Assembly (NCBI GenBank): GCA_021796115.1
Contig: JAJYOP010000001.1
Location: 36,778-100,777, forward strand
DNA: 64,000 nt
Direction of reading: 5' to 3'
DNA from: a bacterium
GTDB lineage: Bacteria > Omnitrophota > Gorgyraeia > Duberdicusellales > 4484-171
In this document: positions 38,447-47,465 of the stretch, one piece after another
How the letters are laid out: the number at the start of each line of letters is the position of its first letter
Numbering within the stretch: the stretch's first letter is position 1
Made by a program: the position numbers and the translations under genes
Notes under the pieces: model-generated
Database searches by the model: none
What the model saw: the letters and a program-made list of their open reading frames with translations, nothing else
Told to the model about the DNA's origin: nothing

Positions 38447-39649
38447 ATGAAATTCACCACAAAAAGAAACATTGCTTACGCATTAATCGCTATCGCATTT
38501 ATTGCCTTATTTTTACGTTACATGCACCGTGCACCTAAAAGGCATTATTGCGATTTCCGGGTTTATTATGCCACTGCCCAGAGGTTTTTAGCGAAAGAAG
38601 ATATCTATGCAAGGCCGGATGAGTCAATCACGCCTTTTAAATATTCGCCGATGTTTGCCATGCTTATTTCGCCGCTTGCATTTATCCCGCAAAAAACCGC
38701 GAGCCTGGTGTTTTTTACCATAAGTTTCGTCTTGCTGATAATTATCTGCCGGCTCGCGAAGCGGCTTATTTTCGAAGAAGATACCAGTTTCAAAAATAAA
38801 GTACTCTTTTATTTTCTGCCCGTACTTTTTACTTCCCGTTTCATACTTGCGGTGCTGGATTCCGGTCAGGTGAACATTATGATCCTCGCGCTCGTTATTG
38901 CCGGTTTTTATTTTGCAAGAAAAGAAAAGAATATTCTATCTGCCGCATTGATTGCTTTATCGTTTATGTTTAAATACACATCAGTGATACTTCTGCCTTA
39001 TTTTGTCTTTCGAAAAAAAATAAAATTAGCCCTGCTCGTAATTATTTTTACCATCCTTTATTGTTTGCTTCCGGCTCTCTATGTCGGGCCGCAAAAGCAA
39101 ATGAATTATTTAAAAGAGTGGCTACCTTCCATCAGCGAAACTTCTCTGGATAAAGGTTCATGGTATGATACAAAAAATCAATCTCTCTATTCGCTCATCT
39201 TGCGCAGCCTCAGTAAAGATTCCCCATATAAGCCGCTGGCAAACCTTGATTTTAATCAGGCGCTGGCGCTTAGCGCAATATTAGGCGGGTTAATCTATCT
39301 TTTTATCCTTATCTCAAGAGGCAATGCCGGGCAAACCCTGGATTACTCATTACTTTTAATTTGTATGGCCTTATTCAATCCTAATGCTTGGTTGGTTAAT
39401 TTTTCATTCCTTCTTTTTGCTTACCTGGTAATTACGTATTACCTTATTCAAAACGGATTCTTACGGGATAAAACCGTTTCCCTACTGACATTTCTTTCCT
39501 TTGTTGTTTCAAGCTGGGGGTGCCAGTCTGTAGCCGGAAATAATTTACAGAATTTTCTCGAAATGCTTTCGACCGTTACTATTGCTTCGCTGATAGTTAT
39601 ATTTGTCCTGTTTAAGATTAAATTTGGAACCAAACTTAAAAAAATATAA
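38447..39649 (+). CDS. DUF2029/GT87-like polytopic membrane glycosyltransferase (PimE-like mannosyltransferase family)
   Basis: N-terminal HYCDFRVYYATAQRFL..DIYA..PFKYSPMFAMLISPLAF fits the DF..YY.AA...Y...PF.YPP signature of DUF2029. 400 aa with about 10 TM helices. Confidence 0.55.
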   Translation: MKFTTKRNIAYALIAIAFIALFLRYMHRAPKRHYCDFRVYYATAQRFLAKEDIYARPDESITPFKYSPMFAMLISPLAFIPQKTASLVFFTISFVLLIIICRLAKRLIFEEDTSFKNKVLFYFLPVLFTSRFILAVLDSGQVNIMILALVIAGFYFARKEKNILSAALIALSFMFKYTSVILLPYFVFRKKIKLALLVIIFTILYCLLPALYVGPQKQMNYLKEWLPSISETSLDKGSWYDTKNQSLYSLILRSLSKDSPYKPLANLDFNQALALSAILGGLIYLFILISRGNAGQTLDYSLLLICMALFNPNAWLVNFSFLLFAYLVITYYLIQNGFLRDKTVSLLTFLSFVVSSWGCQSVAGNNLQNFLEMLSTVTIASLIVIFVLFKIKFGTKLKKI

Positions 39650-39651
39650 AG

Positions 39652-40992
39652 ATGGATAGTTTATTTAAGATGGAAAAAGTTTATACGATTCAAGAGCTTA
39701 ATTCAACCGTGCGCAAGCTCATCCGCGACCAGTTTCCGGATTACGTCTGGGTTTGCGGCGAAATCCAGGATTTAAGAGACAGAGGCACAATCAATTTGAA
39801 TCTCATTCAAAAACATAAAGACGCCAGCGAAATAATCGCCCAGGCTAAAGCCGTGATTTTTGAAAATGTCCGGCCGCAAATCGATAAAAAAATAAAAGAA
39901 ACAAATGGCGCATTCGAATTACGCAAAGACATCGAGGTCAAGCTTCTTTGCCGGGTGGATTTATACGTAAAGACAGGAAGTTTTAGCTTGACCGTCGTAG
40001 ATATTGACCCAGTTTATACTCTCGGCAAGATGGCGCAGAGCCGGCAGAGAATAATTGAAGAGTTAAAAGTTAAAGGCCTGCTCGAAAGAAATAAATTGAT
40101 GCCGATGCCTTTGGTCCCTTTAAGGGTTGGTTTAATAACCTCTCCGGATTCAGCAGCTTATCACGATGTTATTGATGAATTTAAGAAAAGCAGATACGGA
40201 TTCAAAATTCTTGTTTATGACTGCTATATGCAGGGGAAATTTGTCGAGAGAGATGTTGTTTCCGGGCTTAATTTTTTCAATAAATTATCCGAGGATGAAC
40301 TTGATGTGATTATGATTGCAAGGGGTGGAGGTTCGACTGCGGATTTAAGCTGGTTTGATAACAAAAAAATCGCCGAAACCGTTGCTTTCTTGAGATTTCC
40401 ACTGATATCAGCAATTGGTCATGAAATAAATACTTCAATCACCGATATGGCCGCACACACTTTTGTAAAAACTCCAACCAAAGGCGCGCAGTTTCTGGTT
40501 GAACGCATCAGCGGCTTCCTTGACTCTTTGGCTAATCTTGAAGAAAAAGTAGGTATTTATGCCGAAGATTTGCTTGAGGACTCAAAGAATGCTCTTGAAA
40601 CTACGGCGGTAAAAATAGATTCCGCAGTGCCAAGATATCTACGCAGTCATAAAGAAAAACTGCTTTCGCAAAAAGTCACCGTCGAAAATTTTACCAGGCG
40701 TTTCCTGGAATTAAAAAATAATGGACTGGCCGCAAACGTCTCTGTTTTAAAGCTGCACTTAAATACAATTTTTAAAAGCACAAACGATGAATTAAAACAT
40801 AAGGAAAGTAAAATTAGATTGCTTAATCCGCATAATGTCTTGAAAAGAGGTTACTCCATAACTTTAAAAGATAAGCGGACCATAAAATCTATTGACGATG
40901 TAAAGGAAAATGATATGATAAAAACCGTTCTTTACCAAGGCGAAATAACTTCGGAGGTAAAAAACAAAGGAATGAAAGATAGCGGTGACTAG
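39652..40992 (+). CDS. xseA: exodeoxyribonuclease VII large subunit
   Basis: YTIQELNSTVRKLIRDQFPDYVWVCGEIQDLR OB-fold N-terminus, 446 aa. Confidence 0.8.
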   Translation: MDSLFKMEKVYTIQELNSTVRKLIRDQFPDYVWVCGEIQDLRDRGTINLNLIQKHKDASEIIAQAKAVIFENVRPQIDKKIKETNGAFELRKDIEVKLLCRVDLYVKTGSFSLTVVDIDPVYTLGKMAQSRQRIIEELKVKGLLERNKLMPMPLVPLRVGLITSPDSAAYHDVIDEFKKSRYGFKILVYDCYMQGKFVERDVVSGLNFFNKLSEDELDVIMIARGGGSTADLSWFDNKKIAETVAFLRFPLISAIGHEINTSITDMAAHTFVKTPTKGAQFLVERISGFLDSLANLEEKVGIYAEDLLEDSKNALETTAVKIDSAVPRYLRSHKEKLLSQKVTVENFTRRFLELKNNGLAANVSVLKLHLNTIFKSTNDELKHKESKIRLLNPHNVLKRGYSITLKDKRTIKSIDDVKENDMIKTVLYQGEITSEVKNKGMKDSGD

Positions 40993-41117
40993 CTCCTTCA
41001 CAATTCGACTAAACACTTTTTTAGACAGTAAGTCTAAAAAAGTGCAAGTCTCATTGTTCGGGGGTAATTCGCACATCATTTTTTCAGCGCACTTCGTGCT
41101 TGAAAAAATGATGTGCT
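40993..41117. repeat. mosaic hairpin-rich intergenic element (copy 1 of 2)
   Basis: Shares ACAATTCGACTAA (inverted), CAAGTCTCATTG (inverted) and GTTCGGGGGTAATTC (direct) with 61690..61768. It has two T6/A6 hairpins: 41014..41044, and 41071..41117 with a 16-bp stem. Confidence 0.6.
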
Positions 41118-41124
41118 CATTATA

Positions 41125-41352
41125 ATGGGTAAAAAAGCTATAAAATACAGCGAGGCCGTAGGTGAATTAAACGCCATTTTAGAGGATTTAGAATCCGAAA
41201 AAATAGATGTAGATGAGCTTTCCGAAAAGGTAAAACGCGCGGTTGAGCTCATAAAATTATGCCGCGAAAAAATAGAAACTACCGAACTGGAAGTAAGAAA
41301 GATTGTAAAGGAATTCGATAAGAATTCTGATAATACAGAAGAGAACCGCTAA
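41125..41352 (+). CDS. xseB: exodeoxyribonuclease VII small subunit
   Basis: YSEAVGELNAILEDLESEKIDVDEL..ELIKLCREKIE matches XseB. About 75 aa. Alternative GTG start at 41113. Confidence 0.7.
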   Translation: MGKKAIKYSEAVGELNAILEDLESEKIDVDELSEKVKRAVELIKLCREKIETTELEVRKIVKEFDKNSDNTEENR

Positions 41353-41495
41353 TTCTTAAACTCGAAACCCTAAACTCTAAATGGTTCGGCTCGCCTAAAG
41401 GCTTGCTTGCCATCCTCAAGCGAACTATAGTAGAGTCGAAGGACAAACTCGAAACTCAAAATTTAAAACATTTTGTATTTTGGATTTGTTTAGGA

Positions 41496-41546
41496 TTTCC
41501 CGCCAGAGGCTGGTCCGCCCACGTATAAAAAATATCGGTGGCGGAA
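41496..41546 (+). promoter_or_regulatory. conserved 51-bp palindrome/promoter-like element (copy 1): TTTCCCGCCAGAGGCTGGTCCGCCCACGTATAAAAAATATCGGTGGCGGAA
   Basis: Near-identical to 61985..62038. It has a CCGCCCAC-N19-GTGGCGG inverted repeat around an AT-rich TATAAAAA core, 39 nt upstream of the htpX ATG. Confidence 0.55.
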
Positions 41547-41584
41547 AAGTTTAGTGTTTAGAGTTTAAATAAAAGGAGGCAGAT

Positions 41585-42562
41585 ATGTTTTCACTCAAAT
41601 TAAGAATGTCGCTTTTGGTGATTATACTTTTTGGTATTCTCTATGCCATTGCTTCGCTGATCATGTATTACAGCGGTATCAGCGGATTCCTGCCCCAAAT
41701 ACTACTTGCTTTCGGCATGATTTTCGTTCAATACCTAATCGGCCCGAAAATCGTAGAAATGTCGATGCAGGTAAAATATGTAAAAAGAGAAGAAGCGCCA
41801 TGGCTCTTTGAAATGGTTGAAGATTTGGCAAGAAAAGCAAACATACCCACGCCAAGAATAGGAATATCCTACATAAATATACCCAATGCCTTTGCCTTTG
41901 GCAGAAGCGCAAAAGACGGAAGAGTCTGCGTTACCAAGGGTATTATGGATTTATTGGACAAAGAAGAGCTTAAGGCTGTTTTAGGGCACGAGTTGACTCA
42001 TCTTAAGAACAAAGACGTCATTTTTATAACTTTACTTTCAGTTATCCCTCTTATTCTGTATTATATTTTCTATCGCTTCACTTTTTTCGGCTCTTATTCA
42101 CGCAGGCGCGAAGGGGGCGGCAATTATGCGGCATTGATAGGCATCGCAGCTTTTTTCTTTTATCTTATCACCAACCTTCTGGTATTGTATGCATCGCGCA
42201 TTAGAGAATACTTCGCAGATAAGGGATCTATAAAATTAGGTAACTCGCCTTCGGTGATGGCTACAGCATTATACAAGCTTGTTTATGGGGCGGCAAAAAC
42301 GCCGAAAGAGAACCTAAAAGAGGTAGAGGGCGTAAGGGCTTTTTTTGTAAATGACGTCTCAACGGCAAGAAGAGACATCTCTGATTTAGCCGAACTTGAC
42401 ATAGATAAAAGCGGGACGATAGATGCCTATGAACTACGCAGTTTGGCTGAGAAAAATATAAAATTGTCATTTGCCGATAAAGCTATGGAGATTTTCAGCA
42501 CCCACCCGAATATGCTTAAGCGAATAAAACAGCTTTCGCAATATACACAAGGGCAGGCATAA
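41585..42562 (+). CDS. htpX: M48-family zinc metalloprotease HtpX
   Basis: HELTHLKNKD (HExxH), two N-terminal TM helices and two central ones, 325 aa. Confidence 0.75.
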   Translation: MFSLKLRMSLLVIILFGILYAIASLIMYYSGISGFLPQILLAFGMIFVQYLIGPKIVEMSMQVKYVKREEAPWLFEMVEDLARKANIPTPRIGISYINIPNAFAFGRSAKDGRVCVTKGIMDLLDKEELKAVLGHELTHLKNKDVIFITLLSVIPLILYYIFYRFTFFGSYSRRREGGGNYAALIGIAAFFFYLITNLLVLYASRIREYFADKGSIKLGNSPSVMATALYKLVYGAAKTPKENLKEVEGVRAFFVNDVSTARRDISDLAELDIDKSGTIDAYELRSLAEKNIKLSFADKAMEIFSTHPNMLKRIKQLSQYTQGQA

Positions 42563-42648
42563 TTCAGAGAACAGGTGTCAGGAAACAGTAGAGGGTGTAG
42601 ACGTAAACCATTGCCCGAAAGCACGTTAAGAAAAAATAATAAAAATAA

Positions 42649-42677
42649 TTGACCCTAAACGGAATTTCTGCTATAAT
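42649..42677 (+). promoter_or_regulatory. sigma70-type promoter candidate for rpsO-pnp (TTGACC-17-TATAAT)
   Basis: TTGACC at 42649..42654, a 17-nt spacer, TATAAT at 42672..42677. About 170 nt upstream of the rpsO start. Confidence 0.45.
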
Positions 42678-42850
42678 TTTTTTAATTAAGATTTCTGTCT
42701 ACGTCGCTAAGTTTTCTTCTTCGCCCTTCTTAAATTGAAACTACTGACGAGGGCTTCGAAGAACGGGCTATCGGCAAACTTACCTTTCCTTATTTTTCAA
42801 TAGAAAAGCCAAGGGTTGACAGAAAAACAAGAAAAAGGTAATATATTATT

Positions 42851-43114
42851 ATGTTGGCAAAAAGCAAAAAGAAAAACTTAATCGAAAAATTTAAGGAGCA
42901 TCCCCAGGATACCGGCTCTGCTTCAGTACAGGTAGCTCTTCTTACCGAAAGGATTACTTACCTGACAGAGCACCTTAAAAAGCACAAAAAAGACTTCCAT
43001 TCCCGCCGCGGTCTTCTTATGCTTGTAGGAAGACGCCGGCGTCTTCTCAATTATCTCAAGAAAAAAGACCCTAAAGGGTACGAGGGAGTCACAAAGGAAC
43101 TTAACCTTAAATAA
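42851..43114 (+). CDS. rpsO: 30S ribosomal protein S15
   Basis: DTGSASVQVALLTERITYLTEHLKKHKKDFHSRRGLL aligns with the S15 signature. 87 aa. Confidence 0.9.
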   Translation: MLAKSKKKNLIEKFKEHPQDTGSASVQVALLTERITYLTEHLKKHKKDFHSRRGLLMLVGRRRRLLNYLKKKDPKGYEGVTKELNLK

Positions 43115-43115
43115 A

Positions 43116-45197
43116 ATGGGTTTTTGCGCATCTATCCCCAATTTGGGAAAAAATTCTCTCAAATTTTCTACTGGAGACTGGGCTAAACAGGCTAACGGAA
43201 GCAGTCTGGTTTCTTATGGCGATACCGTTGTGCTTGCGACAGCCTGCATGTCAAAAAATCCCAAAGAAACCGAAAATTTCCTGCCGCTAACCGTCGAATA
43301 CCAGGAAAGAACTTACGCCATGGGTAAAATTCCCGGCGGATTTATTAAAAGAGAAGGAAAGCCCAAAGACGAAGAGATACTTACCGCGCGCCTTATCGAC
43401 CGGCCGCTGCGTCCGCTTTTTCCTAACGGCCTTACCCACGAAATCCAGATTGTTGCTATGGTTTTATCAAGTGACGGCAAAAATGATGCCGATATTTTAG
43501 CAATCAATGCCGCAAGCGCCGCTTTATTTATTTCCGATATTCCTTTCCATAATCCAATCGGCGCAGTAAGGATAAGTAAAATTGACGACAGTCTCATCAT
43601 TAACCCTACTTTCGAAGAAAGGGAAAAGTCGGTCATGGATTTAGTGGTAGTAGGTACGGAGGATGATGTCGTAATGCTTGAGGGAGGCTTAAATGAGGTT
43701 TCGGAAGAGGATGTCCTTGAGGCGATAAAATTTGCCGCGCCTTTCATCAAAGAAATCGTTTTAGCCCAGAAAAACCTGCGCAATTCCGTCGGTAAAAAGA
43801 AAAAAGAGGTTCCTTTGTTTGAAATAGACAGCCAGTTGTCTGACACATTGAAAGATAGAATTTTTACTGAACTTGAGTCGGTTTATGGCATTGTCAAGAA
43901 AGAAGAAAGAGAGGCAGGTATAGATAAAATACTTGCCAACCTTTGCGAAGAATTGCTGAAAAATAATCCGGAAACCGATTGCCAAAAAGTAAAAGATGTG
44001 TTCTTTGCGCTTGAAGAGGAATTCGTCCGCAAGAAAATCGTCGAAGAGAATAAAAGGCCGGACGGCCGCTCCTTAAAAGAAATCAGGCCGATAGAGTGTA
44101 AGGTTGGAGCATTGCCGCGCACGCATGGCTCTGCCGTTTTTACGCGCGGGCAGACTCAAAGCTTGGCAATTATAACTTTGGGTTCAAGCGCGGACGAACA
44201 AGCCATCGAGGCTCTTGAGGGCAGAAAAACAAAGCGTTTTATGTTGCATTACAGCTTTCCGCCTTTTAGTGTGGGCGAGATAAAACCGATGCGCGGCCCA
44301 TCCCGCCGGGATATCGGCCATGGTGCGCTAGCGGAAAAAGCTATTCTTCCAATGTTTCCTTCCAAAGAAGAATTCCCCTATACGATACGAGTGGTTTCCG
44401 AAATTCTGGAATCAAACGGTTCATCCAGCATGGCGACAGTATGCGCTTCAACATTATCTTTGATGGATGCCGGTGTTCCCATAAAAGCTCCGGTAGCCGG
44501 TATCGCCCTTGGATTAATTACGGAAGGCGAGCAGTATAAAGTTTTAACTGATATCGCCGGCGTCGAAGACCATTACGGCGATATGGATTTTAAAGTTGCC
44601 GGAACCAAAAAAGGCATAACCGCGATACAACTTGATATAAAAATTACAGGTTTGACCTATAAAATGCTTGAAGAAGCCCTTGTGCAGGCAAAAGAAGCAA
44701 GGCTAATTATTCTTGACAAAATGAACGTCGCGCTTTCCCTTCCGCGAGAGAGCGTCTCAAGGTATGCACCCAAGATCCAATCAGTTAAAGTTGATCCGGA
44801 TAAAATTGGCAGCATCATTGGCCCGGGGGGCAAGTATATCAGGCGTTTAAGTACAGAGTATAATGTTACCATAGATATAGATGATGAAACCGCAACAGTT
44901 TCGGTTGTTGCCGAAGATGCGGAAAATCTAAAAAGAGCGGTTAAGCAGATTGTTAACATGACTAAAGAGATAGAACCCGGCGAAATCTATGAAGCCAAAG
45001 TCGTACGCATTACTAACTTTGGTGCTTTTTGCGAGATTATTCCCGGCAAACAAGGCCTGGTGCATGTTTCCGAAATTTCTGAAAACTATGTAAAAGATGT
45101 CAGCGAAGTTCTAAAAGAAGGAGATATCGTAACCGTAAAAATCATAGGTATCGATAATCAAGGAAGAATTAATCTAAGCATCAAACAGGCCAAATGA
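43116..45197 (+). CDS. pnp: polynucleotide phosphorylase (polyribonucleotide nucleotidyltransferase)
   Basis: Two RNase PH domains, then KH and S1 domains (GPGGKYIRRL; C-terminal S1 GEIYEAKVVRITNFGAFCEI). 693 aa, immediately downstream of rpsO. Confidence 0.95.
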   Translation: MGFCASIPNLGKNSLKFSTGDWAKQANGSSLVSYGDTVVLATACMSKNPKETENFLPLTVEYQERTYAMGKIPGGFIKREGKPKDEEILTARLIDRPLRPLFPNGLTHEIQIVAMVLSSDGKNDADILAINAASAALFISDIPFHNPIGAVRISKIDDSLIINPTFEEREKSVMDLVVVGTEDDVVMLEGGLNEVSEEDVLEAIKFAAPFIKEIVLAQKNLRNSVGKKKKEVPLFEIDSQLSDTLKDRIFTELESVYGIVKKEEREAGIDKILANLCEELLKNNPETDCQKVKDVFFALEEEFVRKKIVEENKRPDGRSLKEIRPIECKVGALPRTHGSAVFTRGQTQSLAIITLGSSADEQAIEALEGRKTKRFMLHYSFPPFSVGEIKPMRGPSRRDIGHGALAEKAILPMFPSKEEFPYTIRVVSEILESNGSSSMATVCASTLSLMDAGVPIKAPVAGIALGLITEGEQYKVLTDIAGVEDHYGDMDFKVAGTKKGITAIQLDIKITGLTYKMLEEALVQAKEARLIILDKMNVALSLPRESVSRYAPKIQSVKVDPDKIGSIIGPGGKYIRRLSTEYNVTIDIDDETATVSVVAEDAENLKRAVKQIVNMTKEIEPGEIYEAKVVRITNFGAFCEIIPGKQGLVHVSEISENYVKDVSEVLKEGDIVTVKIIGIDNQGRINLSIKQAK

Positions 45198-47464
45198 AGT
45201 TAGATTCCGGCCTTTTTAAAAATAGTGCCTTTGTTTACGCCTTCACTTTTATCGGTTTGTCCATCGTAATTTTTTTAAGCCTCTTTTCTTATACCTCGCA
45301 AGATATCGCTTTTCTAACGGCTGCCAAATCAACAGGAGTCCATAATGTAATAGGAATATTCGGAGCTTACCTTGCTTTTATTTTAAGATTTCTTTTTGGA
45401 AGAGCCTCATATTTTCTTCCTTTCTGCCTTATGTGCCTTGGCCTATACGAGACAGGAGTACTTCGTTTTCACGGAATAAGTAAAAGTAAAACTATAGACA
45501 TAATTTCTTTCTTGATATTTATCACCGCGCTTTCGGCTTTAAGCGGGATACTCATTGCAAACAATGCTAAGGGCTGGGAATATTCAAATGGAATAATCGG
45601 TTTTTATCTGGCGCAATTTTGCCAGCAATACCTTGGCTTCACCGGTTCTTTGATTGTTCTTGGGCTGACACTTGTGTCAATGAGTATTTTATTTTTCTGC
45701 TTTTTCTTTGTTGATTTCTTTAAGGGAATAAGCTTTGTTACAGTTCATTTATTCAGATTTATAAGAGCGAGAATGCTAAGGGGCAAGACAGAAGGCGAAA
45801 TTTCCCTGCCAACAAAAAGAAAAGTTAAAATCGAAGAAGAAAAAGAAGAGAGAAAGGCCAGGGATAAAGACAAAGAAGAGGAGCCAGCCAAAAAGCCGGC
45901 AATAAAGCCCGAAATAAAAATGTACACCCCCAAAATAAGCCAGGAGCCAGCCTTTAGTAGCAACGTTAAAGGCGTTTCAAGCGGACGAACCCAGAAAGAA
46001 GAGATTAAAAAACAAATCGAAGAAATCGAAAAGGGAGAAACGAAAAAATTTGACCCAAGTACCTACAAATTGCCTTCGATTAATATTTTAAAAATCCCGC
46101 CTTCACTTGACTATCGTGAAGTTAAGGAAGATATAGAGGCAAGCATAAAGAATCTTGAAGAAACACTTTCTGATTTCGGCGTTGAAGCGAAAGTGGTAAG
46201 CGTTCAAAAAGGCCCGGTAGTAACGATGTATGAACTTGAGCCGGCCGCGGGAGTAAAAATTCAAAAGATCTCCGCGCTTGCCGACGATATTGCCCTTTCG
46301 ATGAAATCCTCATCGGTCAGGGTCGTTGCGCCTCTTCCCGGAAGAGGAACGGTCGGCGTCGAGGTGCCTAATGAGAAAAAGCACCTTGTATATTTAAGAG
46401 AAATCCTTGAAGAAAAAATATTCAGGGATGCCCTTTCGAAACTTACCTTAACTATCGGCAAAGATGTCTCCGGCAACCCGGTCATCGCCGACCTGAAGGA
46501 AATGCCGCATCTTTTAATTGCCGGCACTACCGGTTCCGGAAAAACCGTTTGTGTTAATAGTATAATCACTTCCGTACTTTTTAAGGCAAAGCCCGATGAA
46601 GTGAAATTCATTCTTATTGACCCTAAAATGGTAGAGCTTGCGCCTTTTGCCGGCATACCCCATCTTTTGCATCCAATTATATATGAGTCAAAAAAAGCTT
46701 TTGTTACTTTAAATTGGGCAGTCGAAGAAATGGAAAGGCGTTATCATCTTCTTGCCGAAGAAGGGGCTAGAAATATCGATGTTTATAACGCAAAAGGCAA
46801 AAAAATGCCTTTTATACTTATTATTGTAGATGAACTGGCTGACCTTATGGTGGTGGCCAAGGAAAGTATTGAAGTCGCAATTCAACGCCTCGCGCAGTTA
46901 TCGCGCGCGGTCGGGATTCATCTTATACTTGCAACGCAACGGCCTTCGGTTGATGTCATTACCGGCGTTATAAAAGCAAATTTCCCGGCAAGGATTTCTT
47001 TCAAAGTTTCTTCTAAAGTAGACTCTCGCACGGTTTTAGATGTAATGGGTGCAGAGAAGCTTTTAGGTAAAGGTGATCTGCTGTTTCTTAAACCAGGCGC
47101 TCCAAAGTTAATCCGCGCTCAAGGTTCTCTTATCGACGATGAAGATATTTCAAGCCTTACTGATTTTATCAGAGCCCAAGGCGGGCCAGTCTATGAAGAG
47201 GGCATTTTAGAAGGAGAGAAGAAAGCGGCGATGAACGTTTCAAGCGATGAACTCTTAGAGGAAGCCATCAAGACAATATTACAAGCCCATCAAGCTTCAG
47301 CTTCAATTTTGCAAAGGCGCCTGCGCGTGGGTTATACTCGCGCTGCGAGGTTGCTTGATCTCATGGAGCAGCAAGGCGTGGTCGGCCCGTTTTGCGGGAG
47401 TAAGGCCCGGGAAATTCTGGTAGACCCTGAAGAATTCTTGAAAGAAAAAGAAGGGGCGGTATGA
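45194..47464 (+). CDS. ftsK: DNA translocase FtsK
   Basis: N-terminal TM domain, an acidic/basic linker, Walker A AGTTGSGKTVCVNS, and a C-terminal winged-helix gamma domain. 756 aa. Confidence 0.9.
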   Translation: MKLDSGLFKNSAFVYAFTFIGLSIVIFLSLFSYTSQDIAFLTAAKSTGVHNVIGIFGAYLAFILRFLFGRASYFLPFCLMCLGLYETGVLRFHGISKSKTIDIISFLIFITALSALSGILIANNAKGWEYSNGIIGFYLAQFCQQYLGFTGSLIVLGLTLVSMSILFFCFFFVDFFKGISFVTVHLFRFIRARMLRGKTEGEISLPTKRKVKIEEEKEERKARDKDKEEEPAKKPAIKPEIKMYTPKISQEPAFSSNVKGVSSGRTQKEEIKKQIEEIEKGETKKFDPSTYKLPSINILKIPPSLDYREVKEDIEASIKNLEETLSDFGVEAKVVSVQKGPVVTMYELEPAAGVKIQKISALADDIALSMKSSSVRVVAPLPGRGTVGVEVPNEKKHLVYLREILEEKIFRDALSKLTLTIGKDVSGNPVIADLKEMPHLLIAGTTGSGKTVCVNSIITSVLFKAKPDEVKFILIDPKMVELAPFAGIPHLLHPIIYESKKAFVTLNWAVEEMERRYHLLAEEGARNIDVYNAKGKKMPFILIIVDELADLMVVAKESIEVAIQRLAQLSRAVGIHLILATQRPSVDVITGVIKANFPARISFKVSSKVDSRTVLDVMGAEKLLGKGDLLFLKPGAPKLIRAQGSLIDDEDISSLTDFIRAQGGPVYEEGILEGEKKAAMNVSSDELLEEAIKTILQAHQASASILQRRLRVGYTRAARLLDLMEQQGVVGPFCGSKAREILVDPEEFLKEKEGAV

Positions 47465-47465
47465 A

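Noticed and set aside
41431-41455. 13-nt exact match GTCGAAGGACAAA shared between 41437 and 49606
   Set aside because: Exact 13-mer repeats are expected by chance tens of times in 64 kb of biased sequence. There is no extended similarity around it.
42816-42844. TTGACA-17-TAATAT promoter-like hexamers immediately before rpsO
   Set aside because: The -10 would end only 6 nt before the rpsO ATG, leaving no leader or RBS. More likely this is a chance match in AT-rich sequence, so the upstream TTGACC-17-TATAAT at 42649 is preferred. A leaderless transcript is not excluded.
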